64,000 nucleotides of DNA from Paralcaligenes sp. (GTDB lineage: Bacteria; Pseudomonadota; Gammaproteobacteria; Burkholderiales; Burkholderiaceae_B), in the NCBI GenBank assembly GCA_039935015.1, contig JBDTLC010000017.1, positions 17,359 through 81,358 on the forward strand, given 5' to 3'. The position numbers and the translations under genes are program-made. Shown here piece by piece: positions 9,037 through 19,098 of this stretch. Under the pieces are notes generated by a model. That model saw nothing but the letters and a program-made list of their open reading frames with translations, had not been told where the DNA came from and ran no database searches. Position 1 is the first letter of the stretch. Each line of letters opens with the position of its first letter.

Positions 9037-10572
9037 TTAATTCAGGCGCGGCTGACTGGCCGTATCTTTGTACCAATCGAACGGTGCATCATTCAAACGC
9101 AGCATCACGCTCTTCGTCTCAAAATGCTGTTCGAAAGATTCAGTGCCAGATTCACGGCCCAGGCCCGAATCTTTTACACCGCCCCAGGGCGATGCAGGAT
9201 CCAGGCGATGATGATCGTTGATCCAGACAATACCGCATCTAAGTTGGGCGGCCACTCGATGGGCGCGCGTCACGTCATTGGTGCGAATGGCGCCGGCCAG
9301 ACCGAACGGAGAGTTATTAGCCAGCGCAACGCCCTCTTCTTCCGTCGAAAACCGTGTGATCGAAACAAAAGGCCCGAATACTTCTTCTTGGAAGATACGC
9401 ATGTTTGCCGTCACATCGGCAAAAACTGTAGGTTCGACAAAGAAACCATTTTTCAGCGCTGGATCGGGCGGCACACGGCCGCCTGCCACCAGGCGCGCTT
9501 TATCTTCTTGTAGCCCGATCTTGACATAGTTCAGCACCCTTTGTTGCTGTCGGGCAGAAACAACCGGGCCTAATTGAACCGTCGCATCGATGGGGTTTCC
9601 GATGCGGATCGACTTGGCCTTCGCGGCCAGTTTTTCAACGAACTGGTCATACATTTTTTCCTGAACGATCTGGCGGCTGCCACAAATGCACGTTTGCCCG
9701 GCACCGATAAAGGCGCCGAAAGCAGCGTAATTGACAGCCTGATCAACGTCGAAATCGTCAAAGACCAATACGGGCGTCTTGCCGCCTAGTTCTAGCGTCT
9801 GGTGCGCGAAATTATTGCCGGCCAGCTCGCCGGTGATACGACCTGCTTCAGTTCCGCCGGTAAGCACCCACTTGGCTAACGCAGGGTGCGCAGCCAATGC
9901 ACGTCCGGTGGTGGGTCCAAGCCCGGTAACCACATTGAAGACACCGGGCGGCAACCCCGCTTCCACAAACATCGTTGCCAGACGCAATGTTGTCAGGGGA
10001 GTGTATTCGGACGGTTTGACCACAGTCGTGCAGCCCGAGGCAAGCGTAGGGGCCAGGCCTTTGATGAGTATCATCAACGGATGATTGAATGGCGTTGAAT
10101 TGCCAACTACACCGATCGGAGTGCGAATGGTGTAGTTCAGATAATCGCCTTCGACCGGAATGACTGCATCGCGGCGCGCAATTGCCAAGCCTGCGTTATA
10201 ACGCAGAAAATCGGGCAGCCTTGATACCTGAGCGCGGGTTTCATTGACAGGCCGGCCATTATTAACGGTTTCCAGGTGATAGATTTCGTCAAGATTGGCC
10301 TCGAACACATCAGCTAGCTTGTTGATCAGCCTGGCACGGGTTCGGTTCGACATCTTATTCCATTCGGGGCTGTGGAACGCGGCCGTGGCGCTGACTACGG
10401 CTCGATCAACATCGGCGTCGCTGGCATGGCTGATTTGCGCGAGTATTTCACCGGTTGCCGGATTGACAACATAGAGTAGATCGGAACGGGTTGCCTCAAC
10501 TTCGCGTCCGTCAATATATAACCCGTGCACGGGAATCTGAGATACGCTGACTTGACTATTTACGGTGAACAT
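9037..10572 (-). CDS. NAD(P)-dependent aldehyde dehydrogenase
   Basis: PFNHP, KPSEYTP, LELGGK, GQTCICG catalytic Cys, EEVFGP. Confidence 0.93.
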   Translation of the reverse strand: MFTVNSQVSVSQIPVHGLYIDGREVEATRSDLLYVVNPATGEILAQISHASDADVDRAVVSATAAFHSPEWNKMSNRTRARLINKLADVFEANLDEIYHLETVNNGRPVNETRAQVSRLPDFLRYNAGLAIARRDAVIPVEGDYLNYTIRTPIGVVGNSTPFNHPLMILIKGLAPTLASGCTTVVKPSEYTPLTTLRLATMFVEAGLPPGVFNVVTGLGPTTGRALAAHPALAKWVLTGGTEAGRITGELAGNNFAHQTLELGGKTPVLVFDDFDVDQAVNYAAFGAFIGAGQTCICGSRQIVQEKMYDQFVEKLAAKAKSIRIGNPIDATVQLGPVVSARQQQRVLNYVKIGLQEDKARLVAGGRVPPDPALKNGFFVEPTVFADVTANMRIFQEEVFGPFVSITRFSTEEEGVALANNSPFGLAGAIRTNDVTRAHRVAAQLRCGIVWINDHHRLDPASPWGGVKDSGLGRESGTESFEQHFETKSVMLRLNDAPFDWYKDTASQPRLN

Positions 10573-10600
10573 GTTTGATCTTCTTGAAAATTTTAGAAAA

Positions 10601-11281
10601 TTATTCAGCAACAACAATTCTTGATATCGCGTTGTTTACCCGTTTCGCGGCGGCCGATATATGCCGTTCTGCCAAACGTTCCGCTACCTTCAACTGGCGC
10701 GACTGCAACGCGTCAATAATCCGGCAATGCTCATCAAGCAACGATTCGGGATTTCCTTTTTTGACATTACTTAGACTGACCAACACCGCCCGTTCCATCT
10801 GATCCATCAGATCGCCCAGCTGATCATGCATTCGAGCATTTTTCGCCAGTTCTGCCAATGACTGATGAAATGCCCGGTTGTAGGCGACAAAGCCCCCTGG
10901 CCAGACGTCTGCGGCGAAAACACGAAATTTATCTAACGTAGCCAGGTCGGCATCGCTCGCGCGACGCACGATACGTTCCATGCAGGCCCGCTCTAGGGCT
11001 GCGCGCAAATGAAACATGTCTTGCACATCGGCCAGAGATATGGGGGCAACCCGATAACCTTGTCTGGGAACAGTAATAACCAGGCTCTCGCGCTCGAGAC
11101 GCATCAGAGCATCGCGTACGGGCGATTTGCTGACCTGAAACCGCGTGGCGACCTCGGCTGCATCGATTTCGGTGCCAGGCGCTAGCCTGCAACCGAGGAT
11201 ATCGGCACGTAATTGATCGTATATGGATTCGCGCAAAAGCTGATTACCGGTGATTGCGACAGACGTTTCGTTTAAATTCAT
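10601..11281 (-). CDS. GntR-family (FCD) transcriptional regulator
   Basis: wHTH VSKSPVRDALMRLE..G, FCD domain N..FH...EH; start uncertain. Confidence 0.9.
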   Translation of the reverse strand: MNLNETSVAITGNQLLRESIYDQLRADILGCRLAPGTEIDAAEVATRFQVSKSPVRDALMRLERESLVITVPRQGYRVAPISLADVQDMFHLRAALERACMERIVRRASDADLATLDKFRVFAADVWPGGFVAYNRAFHQSLAELAKNARMHDQLGDLMDQMERAVLVSLSNVKKGNPESLLDEHCRIIDALQSRQLKVAERLAERHISAAAKRVNNAISRIVVAE

Positions 11282-11414
11282 GGGCAACATTGAAATATTT
11301 AATCGAGCATACATCTTATTATCTGATACATTACGATTTAACGCAATCAAGTTATTCCAATCAAATATTACCTATAGAGATCCAGATATTTCTAGTAACT
11401 CTCACATATTCATA

Positions 11415-11447
11415 TTGACGTTTTTCATTTTCCTAATATATCATGAT
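11415..11447 (+). promoter_or_regulatory. Putative sigma70 promoter for the ABC operon (TTGACG-18nt-TATCAT) overlapping palindrome ATCATGAT
   Basis: -35 at 11415-11420 and -10 at 11439-11444 in an AT-rich divergent intergenic region. Confidence 0.55.
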
Positions 11448-11484
11448 GCATAAAAACCAACGATTTAATGCTCGGAGACAAGCC

Positions 11485-12732
11485 ATGTTCAAGAAATTAT
11501 TAACCCTAGCGTCACTTACGCTGATGGTCACCGGATCGGTCAGCACCTTCGCTCAAAGCACCAATAAAGATCCTATACGCCTCGGATTTCTGACCATCAA
11601 GTCCGGTGCACTGGCAGCTGGCGGCAGACAAATGGAAGAAGGTTTACGCATTTTTCTAAAAGAGCGCAACAACACCATTGCAGGTAGGAAAGTCGAATTA
11701 TTTATTGGCGACACAGCCGGGCAGCCCGCCATCACAAAAAGCAAAGCGCAAGAGTTGGTAGAAAAAGACAAGGTACAAGTCATTATTGGGCCGCTGGCGG
11801 CGTTTGAGGCGTTGGCCATCAACGATTACATCCGCAAAGTGAAAATCCCGATCATCTCGCCGTCGGCCGCTGCCGAAGACCTGACTCAACGCAAGCTGAA
11901 TCCGTGGTTTGTACGGGCAGTGGGCACATCGGCACAACCTACGCAACCTCTCGGCCAATATGCTGCCAGTGTGCTGAAATACAAACGTGTGGCAACCATC
12001 GCCGATGATTTCGCCTTTGGGTACGAAAGCACGGCCGGCTTTCAGCGTACCTTCGAACAAAATGGCGGCAAAGTTGTGCAAAAGCTGTGGGCGCCACTGA
12101 ATGTTGCCGATTATGGTACTTACATCAGTCAGATTGATCCCACTGTGGATGCCGTTGTCATTAACTTTGCAGGCAGCAACAGCGTCAGGTTTCTCAAGCA
12201 ATACAGTGCTTATGGCATGAAAGGAAAAATCCCGATTATTGCGGGGATGATTGCAATGGACGAAGGCGTTCTCAAAAAGATGGGCGATGAAGCGGTGGGC
12301 ATTGTTTCAGCCGGCTGGTACGCATCGACCATAGACAACCCCGCCAACCATCGTTTCGTCAAGGAGATGAACGAACAATATAAAGAAGATCCGGGTTATT
12401 ACTCTATAGGCGCATACGGCGCAGCGCTGATGCTAGAGCAGGCATTGAAAACAGTACACGGCAACATTGAAGACAAGGATGCTTTCATGAAAGCATTACG
12501 CAACGTTCACCTAAACAATGACCCGCGTGGCGACTTCAAGCTCGATACCTACGGCAATCCGATCATGAATGTTTACATCCGTCGTGTCGAGCGCAAAAAC
12601 GGCAACCTCGTCAATACCATCATCAAGACCTACCCCGAGGTCAGTCAATTCTGGACCTATAACCCTCAAGAATTCCTTGCTAATCCGGTGTATTCGCGAG
12701 ACTACCCGCCTGCCAAGAATTTGGGCCAATAA
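11485..12732 (+). CDS. Liv-type ABC transporter substrate-binding protein (aromatic acid/branched-chain class)
   Basis: Signal peptide, periplasmic binding protein type I pattern, GGAG RBS. Confidence 0.88.
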   Translation: MFKKLLTLASLTLMVTGSVSTFAQSTNKDPIRLGFLTIKSGALAAGGRQMEEGLRIFLKERNNTIAGRKVELFIGDTAGQPAITKSKAQELVEKDKVQVIIGPLAAFEALAINDYIRKVKIPIISPSAAAEDLTQRKLNPWFVRAVGTSAQPTQPLGQYAASVLKYKRVATIADDFAFGYESTAGFQRTFEQNGGKVVQKLWAPLNVADYGTYISQIDPTVDAVVINFAGSNSVRFLKQYSAYGMKGKIPIIAGMIAMDEGVLKKMGDEAVGIVSAGWYASTIDNPANHRFVKEMNEQYKEDPGYYSIGAYGAALMLEQALKTVHGNIEDKDAFMKALRNVHLNNDPRGDFKLDTYGNPIMNVYIRRVERKNGNLVNTIIKTYPEVSQFWTYNPQEFLANPVYSRDYPPAKNLGQ

Positions 12733-12762
12733 CCAACGCCACGCGAAAGTGAAGTCCGGACT

Positions 12763-13623
12763 ATGGCATTCTGGTTCATACAGAGTTTAAACAGCTTGGC
12801 GTTGGGTGGCATATTGTTTACCCTCGCCGCTGGTTTTTCGCTTATTTTTGGCTTGATGCGCATCGCCAATTTATCTCATGGAGCTTACTTCATGTTTGGC
12901 GCTTACATCGGCCTGAGCGTACTGCAAGACGGTCAGAATTTTCTTGTTGCCATGGTAGCCGCATATGCGGCTGTCGCGCTTTTGGGTGGAATCATCGAAC
13001 GTCTGGTGCTGCGCCGCCTTGCTGGCGATAGCCTGTCGCAAGTCCTAGCAACACTGGGAATTGCGTTCATCATCGCCGACTTTTGCCTGTGGCTTTGGGG
13101 TGGCGATCCGCAACCAGTCTCACCCCCCGATCTTCTCTCTGGCGCAATGCGTGTATTTGGCTTCGGCTTTCCAATGTATCGCGTTGCCGTGGTGGTGTTC
13201 AGCATAGTGCTCGCCCTGTCCCTATGGGTTCTACTAGAGAGAACCCGCCTCGGCATGATGATACGCGCCAGCGTAGACGATCGACAGATGGCGCGCGGTA
13301 TCGGCATTCCGTCCTCTAGGTTGTTTAGCATCGTATTCTGCCTTGGTACGGGGCTGGCAGGCATGGGCGGCGTAATCGCCTCGCCGATACTGTCGATCTA
13401 TCCTGGCATGGACATGGATATGCTGCCCTTGGCACTCGTTGTGGTGATATTGGGCGGCGTCGACAGCCTGGCCGGTGCCTTTGTCGGCAGCTTCGTCATT
13501 GGCTTTATCTACAGTTTCGGGCAAGTATTGTTCCCCAGTCTGTCCTACGTCATCCTGTTTCTACCTATGGTCATTATCCTTGCCATCAGGCCGCGCGGCT
13601 TGTTCGGGCGGACAGTCGCATGA
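12763..13623 (+). CDS. Liv-type ABC permease (LivH-like)
   Basis: GFSLIFGLMRIANLSHG, T..G..IRA motif. Confidence 0.9.
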   Translation: MAFWFIQSLNSLALGGILFTLAAGFSLIFGLMRIANLSHGAYFMFGAYIGLSVLQDGQNFLVAMVAAYAAVALLGGIIERLVLRRLAGDSLSQVLATLGIAFIIADFCLWLWGGDPQPVSPPDLLSGAMRVFGFGFPMYRVAVVVFSIVLALSLWVLLERTRLGMMIRASVDDRQMARGIGIPSSRLFSIVFCLGTGLAGMGGVIASPILSIYPGMDMDMLPLALVVVILGGVDSLAGAFVGSFVIGFIYSFGQVLFPSLSYVILFLPMVIILAIRPRGLFGRTVA

Positions 13624-14603
13624 AGCCCTTTTTGTACGTAGTCTTGCTGGCACTGCTGCTATGCCTGCCCTGGTGGGTTGGCGGCGAGTACTACATCAAT
13701 CTTGCCAGTCAGATATTAATTGCTGCATTATTTGCAGTCAGTCTGAACTTGAAGGTAGGATATGCAGGCTTGATATCGCTCGGGCACGCCGGCTATCTTG
13801 GGCTATCGGCCTATTTGAGCAGTTGGCTCATACTTAATTTGCATTGGGGCTATTTGCCGTCCGCACTTAGTGCGCTAGCTGGCACAACGGTCATGGCTGC
13901 GCTGTTCGGCCTGGTAGCGCTGCGCGCAACTGGCCTCGGGTTTCTAATGATCACACTCGCGCTGGGTCAGATACTTTGGGGCATCGCGTTTCGTTGGGCC
14001 GATGTAACCGGCGGCGACAATGGGCTTTCGGTGCTTACCCGACCCAGCCCGTTCGGCCTGAATCTTTCCAACGCCAGTACCTTCTACTTCTTTACACTAT
14101 TCATTTTCTTAGTGGTTTGGTGCCTAATTGCCATGTGGGTGCACTCCCCGTTTGGAGCAAGCATACGGGGCACGAAAGATCAGCCCCAACGTATGAGAGC
14201 GCTGGGCTACAACGTCTGGCTCATTCGCTGGATCACGTTCATTGTCAGTGGATTTTTGGGCGGCATTGCGGGCCTGATGTATGTGTACTATCAACAATTC
14301 ATTAGTCCGCAAAGCCTATCGTTAACGAATTCCGCCGAAATGCTCCTGATGGTTATCGCCGGCGGGCCAGGTACGCTGTTCGGCCCAGTAGTCGGTGCAG
14401 CACTGGTCGTCTTGCTGAAAAATGTGGCCAGCGAATATGTGCATCGGTGGATCATGTTGCTTGGGTTCTCGTTTCTTTTTATCGTACTGTTTGTCCCCGG
14501 TGGGATCGTTCCCGGCGTCAGCCGGCTGGTGCAATCGTTGAAGCAGCGGTTGCGCGGGCAATCTAACGTGCAAGCCGAACCAGTGTCCAAGGAAGCGCCA
14601 TGA
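13620..14603 (+). CDS. Liv-type ABC permease (LivM-like)
   Basis: GYAGLISLGHAG, TGGDNG, SPFG..IRG, GGPGTLFGP. Confidence 0.9.
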   Translation: MKPFLYVVLLALLLCLPWWVGGEYYINLASQILIAALFAVSLNLKVGYAGLISLGHAGYLGLSAYLSSWLILNLHWGYLPSALSALAGTTVMAALFGLVALRATGLGFLMITLALGQILWGIAFRWADVTGGDNGLSVLTRPSPFGLNLSNASTFYFFTLFIFLVVWCLIAMWVHSPFGASIRGTKDQPQRMRALGYNVWLIRWITFIVSGFLGGIAGLMYVYYQQFISPQSLSLTNSAEMLLMVIAGGPGTLFGPVVGAALVVLLKNVASEYVHRWIMLLGFSFLFIVLFVPGGIVPGVSRLVQSLKQRLRGQSNVQAEPVSKEAP

Positions 14604-15340
14604 CATCGGCTCTAAGCGTTTCTAGTCTATGCAAATCGTATGGTGGATTGAAAGTCACTCGCTCCGTTGATCTAAGGGTCGAGCAAGGCGAACGCCATTT
14701 ATTGATCGGCCCGAACGGCGCGGGCAAAACAACCTTGTTTAATCTCATCGCCGGTGATCTGGTGCCCGATTCTGGCGAGATCCAGCTAATGGGGCGAAAC
14801 GTTACGCATACAACTACCGCCTCGCGGGCCCAGGCAGGGCTCGCACGCACCTATCAAATCGTTACCCTGTTCGGGAACGACACGTTATTGCATAACGTCA
14901 TGCTGGCTATCATGGGAAAATCACCGCTGCGCTGGAGGCATTGGGGGGTATTTAACGACCAGCCTGAAATATCCCGGTGCGCGCTTCAAGCGCTGGAGGC
15001 GGTCGGCCTGGGGCACAAGGCGCAACTGCCCGTAACCCAGACTTCTTATGGCGAAAAAAGGCGCATCGAAATCGCCATGGCCTTGTCCCAACGCCCTCAG
15101 GTGTTATTGCTTGACGAGCCGTTCGCCGGGCTCTCCTCCGAAGAACGCAAAACCATTTATACCCTGTTAAATTCAATCGATAAAGACATTACCATTATCA
15201 TGATCGAACACGACATGGACATTGCATTGACTTTTGCCGACCGTATCACGCTTTTGCATTATGGCGAAGTAATTACTGCTGGGACTCGCCAAGAAGTGGT
15301 GGATGATCCACGCACCCGAGAGCTTTATCTTGGAAACTAG
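14600..15340 (+). CDS. ABC ATP-binding protein (LivG-like)
   Basis: GPNGAGKT, SYGEKRR, LLLDEP, IEHDM. Confidence 0.92.
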   Translation: MTSALSVSSLCKSYGGLKVTRSVDLRVEQGERHLLIGPNGAGKTTLFNLIAGDLVPDSGEIQLMGRNVTHTTTASRAQAGLARTYQIVTLFGNDTLLHNVMLAIMGKSPLRWRHWGVFNDQPEISRCALQALEAVGLGHKAQLPVTQTSYGEKRRIEIAMALSQRPQVLLLDEPFAGLSSEERKTIYTLLNSIDKDITIIMIEHDMDIALTFADRITLLHYGEVITAGTRQEVVDDPRTRELYLGN

Positions 15341-16043
15341 CCTGCTCGAACTCGATGGTATCAATGCCTACTATGCAGACAGCCACGTCTTGCACGACGT
15401 TTCGCTAACCTTGAAAGAAGGCCGGTTGCTGGCGCTATTGGGGCGTAACGGGGCAGGAAAGTCGACCTGCATCAATACCATTATCGGATTTCTGCCGCCG
15501 CGGTCGGGCCACGTGCGCTTTGAAGGAAAGAGTATTCAAACCCATTCTCCCGAATCGATCTGCCATTGCGGCATCGGGCTAGTTCCGCAAGGACGTCGGG
15601 TATTTCGTAGCCTGACGGTGCGTGAAAACCTTGATGTCGCGGCAGGTCGAGGCGCCGCAGATCGGCGCCACTGGTCGCGCGAGGATATCAATACCATTTT
15701 TCCACGCTTGCGCGAACGCCAAAACCACTTTGCGGGCAATCTTTCGGGGGGTGAGCAGCAGATGCTCGCCATCGGACGAGCGCTGATGACAAACCCGAAA
15801 GTACTGTTGCTGGACGAGCCCTCCGAAGGGCTGGCGCCGCAGATTGTGCATGAAGTAGGATCTGTCCTGAGAACACTGAAAACCGAAATTTCTATCATTC
15901 TGGTCGAACAAAACTTGGGTCTGGCATTAAGTCTGGCAGACGATGTCGTACTGCTTAGCACCGGCCGGGTCGTCTTTTCCGGCGCGTGCGCAGAATTCCA
16001 AAAGGAACAGGCAGATTTGCAAGTACATCTAGGAGTGACCTGA
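15303..16043 (+). CDS. ABC ATP-binding protein (LivF-like)
   Basis: GRNGAGKS, LSGGEQQ, LLLDEPSEG; true start may be slightly downstream. Confidence 0.92.
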   Translation: MIHAPESFILETSLLELDGINAYYADSHVLHDVSLTLKEGRLLALLGRNGAGKSTCINTIIGFLPPRSGHVRFEGKSIQTHSPESICHCGIGLVPQGRRVFRSLTVRENLDVAAGRGAADRRHWSREDINTIFPRLRERQNHFAGNLSGGEQQMLAIGRALMTNPKVLLLDEPSEGLAPQIVHEVGSVLRTLKTEISIILVEQNLGLALSLADDVVLLSTGRVVFSGACAEFQKEQADLQVHLGVT

Positions 16044-16106
16044 GTCTTCCGGAAAATCGCCGGCATCGATCCGCTTATTCACAGATGTAAGGCCGGCGGG
16101 CCCGCC

Positions 16107-16122
16107 TGTTCGATCGCGCACA
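16107..16122. promoter_or_regulatory. Island palindrome site 1, TGTTCGATCGCGCACA
   Basis: Matches shared motif; TAGGCT 20 nt downstream; upstream of PRC-barrel/dksA genes. Confidence 0.7.
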
Positions 16123-16283
16123 AAACTTCCCTGTCGTTCAATTAGGCTGATCAAAAGTAGAGCGCTAGAAATTATCAGCGATTCGTCGGATGTAGAAAAG
16201 TTGAGGCAGGAACAATACTTGCTGATTATCGTGATGCAGCACGCACGACAGACTTCTGTTACTACTTGGCGAGGTAATTTATT

Positions 16284-17063
16284 ATGCTACGCACCATAAA
16301 TAGTCTAAAACAATTCACCATTCAGGCGACCGACGGCGAGTTGGGAAAAGTAAAGGAAGCATATTTCGACGATGAGCAATGGGGAGTTCGATACCTAATC
16401 GTCGAAACGGGCTTGTGGCTGGCGAAACGGTCGGTATTAATCTCACCCTATTCAATCAAGGCGGTGAATAACGCCGAAGAAACGATAAACGTCTCGCTGA
16501 CACGCGATCAGGTTAAAAGTAGCCCTGACATCGATACCCACAAGCCTGTTTCACGCCGATCGGAAGGTGAATACTCGCGTTACTACGGCTACGATAATTA
16601 CTGGATGGGGCCAAGCCTGTGGGGAATGGCGGGCTACCCGGTCTACCCCATCGGTGATAGAGGCGGCGTTTCACCACCGTTCGAAAATATAGAAGCTGTG
16701 ACTGCGCGTGCGCCCGCCTTGCCTGAAGACGAGCATTTGCGCAGTTCCGATAACGTTGATGGCTATCATATCCTCGGCACTGACGACGAAGTCGGCCGCG
16801 TGAAAGATTTCATTTTTGACGATGAAGCTTGGGTGATACGTTACCTGTTGGCTGACACGAGCAAATGGTGGTCGAGCGAAAAGAACGTTTTACTTTCCAC
16901 TCAATGGATCAGCCACATAGACTGGACAGATTCCACTGTTCAAACGACGCTCACGCGCGAGCAGATCAAAAATAGCCCACCCTATGACGAAGATACCCCC
17001 ATCTCGCGGGACTACGAAACTCAGTTACACCATTTCTACGGAAGAGATAATTACTGGGATTAA
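16284..17063 (+). CDS. Tandem PRC-barrel domain protein
   Basis: Two repeats of (A/G)TD.E.G.VK...FDDE.W..RYL...T..W. Confidence 0.88.
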   Translation: MLRTINSLKQFTIQATDGELGKVKEAYFDDEQWGVRYLIVETGLWLAKRSVLISPYSIKAVNNAEETINVSLTRDQVKSSPDIDTHKPVSRRSEGEYSRYYGYDNYWMGPSLWGMAGYPVYPIGDRGGVSPPFENIEAVTARAPALPEDEHLRSSDNVDGYHILGTDDEVGRVKDFIFDDEAWVIRYLLADTSKWWSSEKNVLLSTQWISHIDWTDSTVQTTLTREQIKNSPPYDEDTPISRDYETQLHHFYGRDNYWD

Positions 17064-17158
17064 CCCGGGCGAGCACGAAAGCCGTAGCCCCTATATATGT
17101 GCTATGTCATTTAGGCTCATTTAGCCCTGTCGCTGGCAGTGGCGGATTAGGAGATGTC

Positions 17159-17605
17159 ATGGTCGAAAGAACACAAATTACGACGGATGAGGAAACTCTT
17201 CTTCTAACAGAAGAAAGACTAATGGCCATGCCAGAATCCGATTATATGAATATGTCGCAGCTCGCATTTTTCAGAAATCGACTGAAGGGGCTGGAACGAC
17301 GACTCCTGGAAAGCGCCAGTACGACCACCAAAACTTTGCGTGAAACGGAGTTCGTAGCCGACCCAATGGATCGCGCTACGTTAGAAGAAGAGCATGCACT
17401 CGAGTTGCGTACGCGAGAACGCGAGCGCACACTACTGAGGAAAATTCGGTATGCCCTTACTCGCATCGATGCCGGAGAATACGGCTGGTGCGAGGAAACA
17501 GCAGAATCTATTGGTATAGGGCGTTTGTTGGCCCGCCCAATGGCCAACCTGACACTTGAAGCGCAAGTACGACGAGAATTGCGACAAAAGCTTCATAGCG
17601 GTTGA
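17159..17605 (+). CDS. dksA: RNA polymerase-binding protein DksA paralogue (single-Cys type)
   Basis: YMN..QL.FF, DPMDRA coiled-coil tip, LELRTR.RER.L..KI, YGWCEET..IG..RL.ARP; AGGAG RBS. Confidence 0.88.
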   Translation: MVERTQITTDEETLLLTEERLMAMPESDYMNMSQLAFFRNRLKGLERRLLESASTTTKTLRETEFVADPMDRATLEEEHALELRTRERERTLLRKIRYALTRIDAGEYGWCEETAESIGIGRLLARPMANLTLEAQVRRELRQKLHSG

Positions 17606-17697
17606 TCAGCGGGCTGGAGCGAATTTAAATGCAGTTTGAACCAGAGGTTTGCTGCGGACGGTAGACTTTGCTCTTTGCGATCTCCATCAGGCATCCC

Positions 17698-19026
17698 ATG
17701 AAAGCCCGAATTCGAAAACTCATCAACCGCCTCAGCGAAACTTTCTGGCTCGTGCCCGGTGCCATGGCGCTTCTAGGCATCTTGCTGGCGCTCGCGTTGC
17801 TCAGCGTGGATCGACGCGGCCACTTACCGGCATGGTTGACCGAGAGCAACTGGCTATACAACGGCGGTGGAACCGGCGCGCGCACGCTGCTGGGCGCCAT
17901 TGCCTCATCAACCATCGGTGTTGCAGGGACGGTGTTCTCTATTACCATTGCCGCGCTCACGCTTGCGGCCGGACAGATGGGTCCACGTCTGATGCAGAAC
18001 TTCACGCGCGATCGCGGTGTGCAAGTCGCGTTGGGAGCCTTCTTGGGGACCTTCTCCTATGCACTTATGGTGCTTCGCAGTGTCAGGACCCAAAATGAAG
18101 GCGTGTTCACTCCGCAGTTGGCCTTGAGCTTTGGCATTCTGTTGGCCTTCGGGTGCGTTGCGATGCTAGTCTACTTTGTTGGCCATATGGCCAATCGCAT
18201 CAACGTCGACACGGTGATCGAACTGGTCAGCAATGACATCCGCCGGGCCATGACGGCTACGGTCACCGACAAGGCGCAAACCGAACCGCCACCGACGGCG
18301 TTCTGGTCGAATGCCACAATTATCATCGACACGCGGCGCGGCTATCTGCAGCAACTAGACGAAGCAAGCCTAGCGAACTGGGCAGCAAAACACGAGACCA
18401 CTATAAGGCTTCTCGTTCGTCGCGGCGACTATGTCTTTCCGGGGGCGCCAATCGCATTGATGTCTATCGCGGTTTCGGGGGCGGATGACGCGGTTCGCAA
18501 CGCAACGGCTTTGGAGGTAAAGCGCGGTAGTGCAGAAGACGTTGAATACGCCGTACGACAACTGGTAGAGGTGGCCGTTCGGGCGCTCTCCCCGGGAATC
18601 AACGATCCACATACCGCCATGAGCGTGCTTAACCGTCTGGGTGCGGCTCTCTGCGATCTGGCAGGGAAGCAACTGCCCAATGGTGTATTGACACGGAAAG
18701 ATACCATTGCGCTTGTGGTGCCCTGTGTGACTTACCGCAGTCTGGCCGATGTCATGTTCCACATGATCCGCCAGAACGCCGCAGGCAGCACGGCTTTGCT
18801 GATCCGGTTACTGGACGTGCTCACAAATGTGATCGCGTCTGAGAACGACGAAAAACGCCGTGAGGTTCTGATGCACCATGCCAATTTGGTCTGGGCAGAT
18901 GCGCAGCGCAACATCGGCAACAAATCCGACCTGGCCGACGTCTGTTCCCGATATGCCACACTGCAGCGCACCCTCGCCCATGGCGCGCTAGGCGCGCTAG
19001 GCGCAATAGGCGCAATAGGCAAATAA
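17698..19026 (+). CDS. DUF2254 family membrane protein
   Basis: FSIT...L..A..Q.GPRL..NF, QLVEVAVRALSPGINDPHTA motif. Confidence 0.88.
   Translation: MKARIRKLINRLSETFWLVPGAMALLGILLALALLSVDRRGHLPAWLTESNWLYNGGGTGARTLLGAIASSTIGVAGTVFSITIAALTLAAGQMGPRLMQNFTRDRGVQVALGAFLGTFSYALMVLRSVRTQNEGVFTPQLALSFGILLAFGCVAMLVYFVGHMANRINVDTVIELVSNDIRRAMTATVTDKAQTEPPPTAFWSNATIIIDTRRGYLQQLDEASLANWAAKHETTIRLLVRRGDYVFPGAPIALMSIAVSGADDAVRNATALEVKRGSAEDVEYAVRQLVEVAVRALSPGINDPHTAMSVLNRLGAALCDLAGKQLPNGVLTRKDTIALVVPCVTYRSLADVMFHMIRQNAAGSTALLIRLLDVLTNVIASENDEKRREVLMHHANLVWADAQRNIGNKSDLADVCSRYATLQRTLAHGALGALGAIGAIGK
18982..19026 (+). repeat. 9-bp tandem repeat (GGCGCGCTA)2(GGCGCAATA)2 GGCAAATAA at the 3' end of the DUF2254 gene
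   Basis: Read directly; encodes GAL-GAL-GAI-GAI-GK*. Confidence 0.85.
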
Positions 19027-19098
19027 GCTTCTTCTTTTCTTCATTGAGGCGTTTGATCGGCGTGTACCACGTGGCGCTTCGCTACCCCTCGTTGTAGT

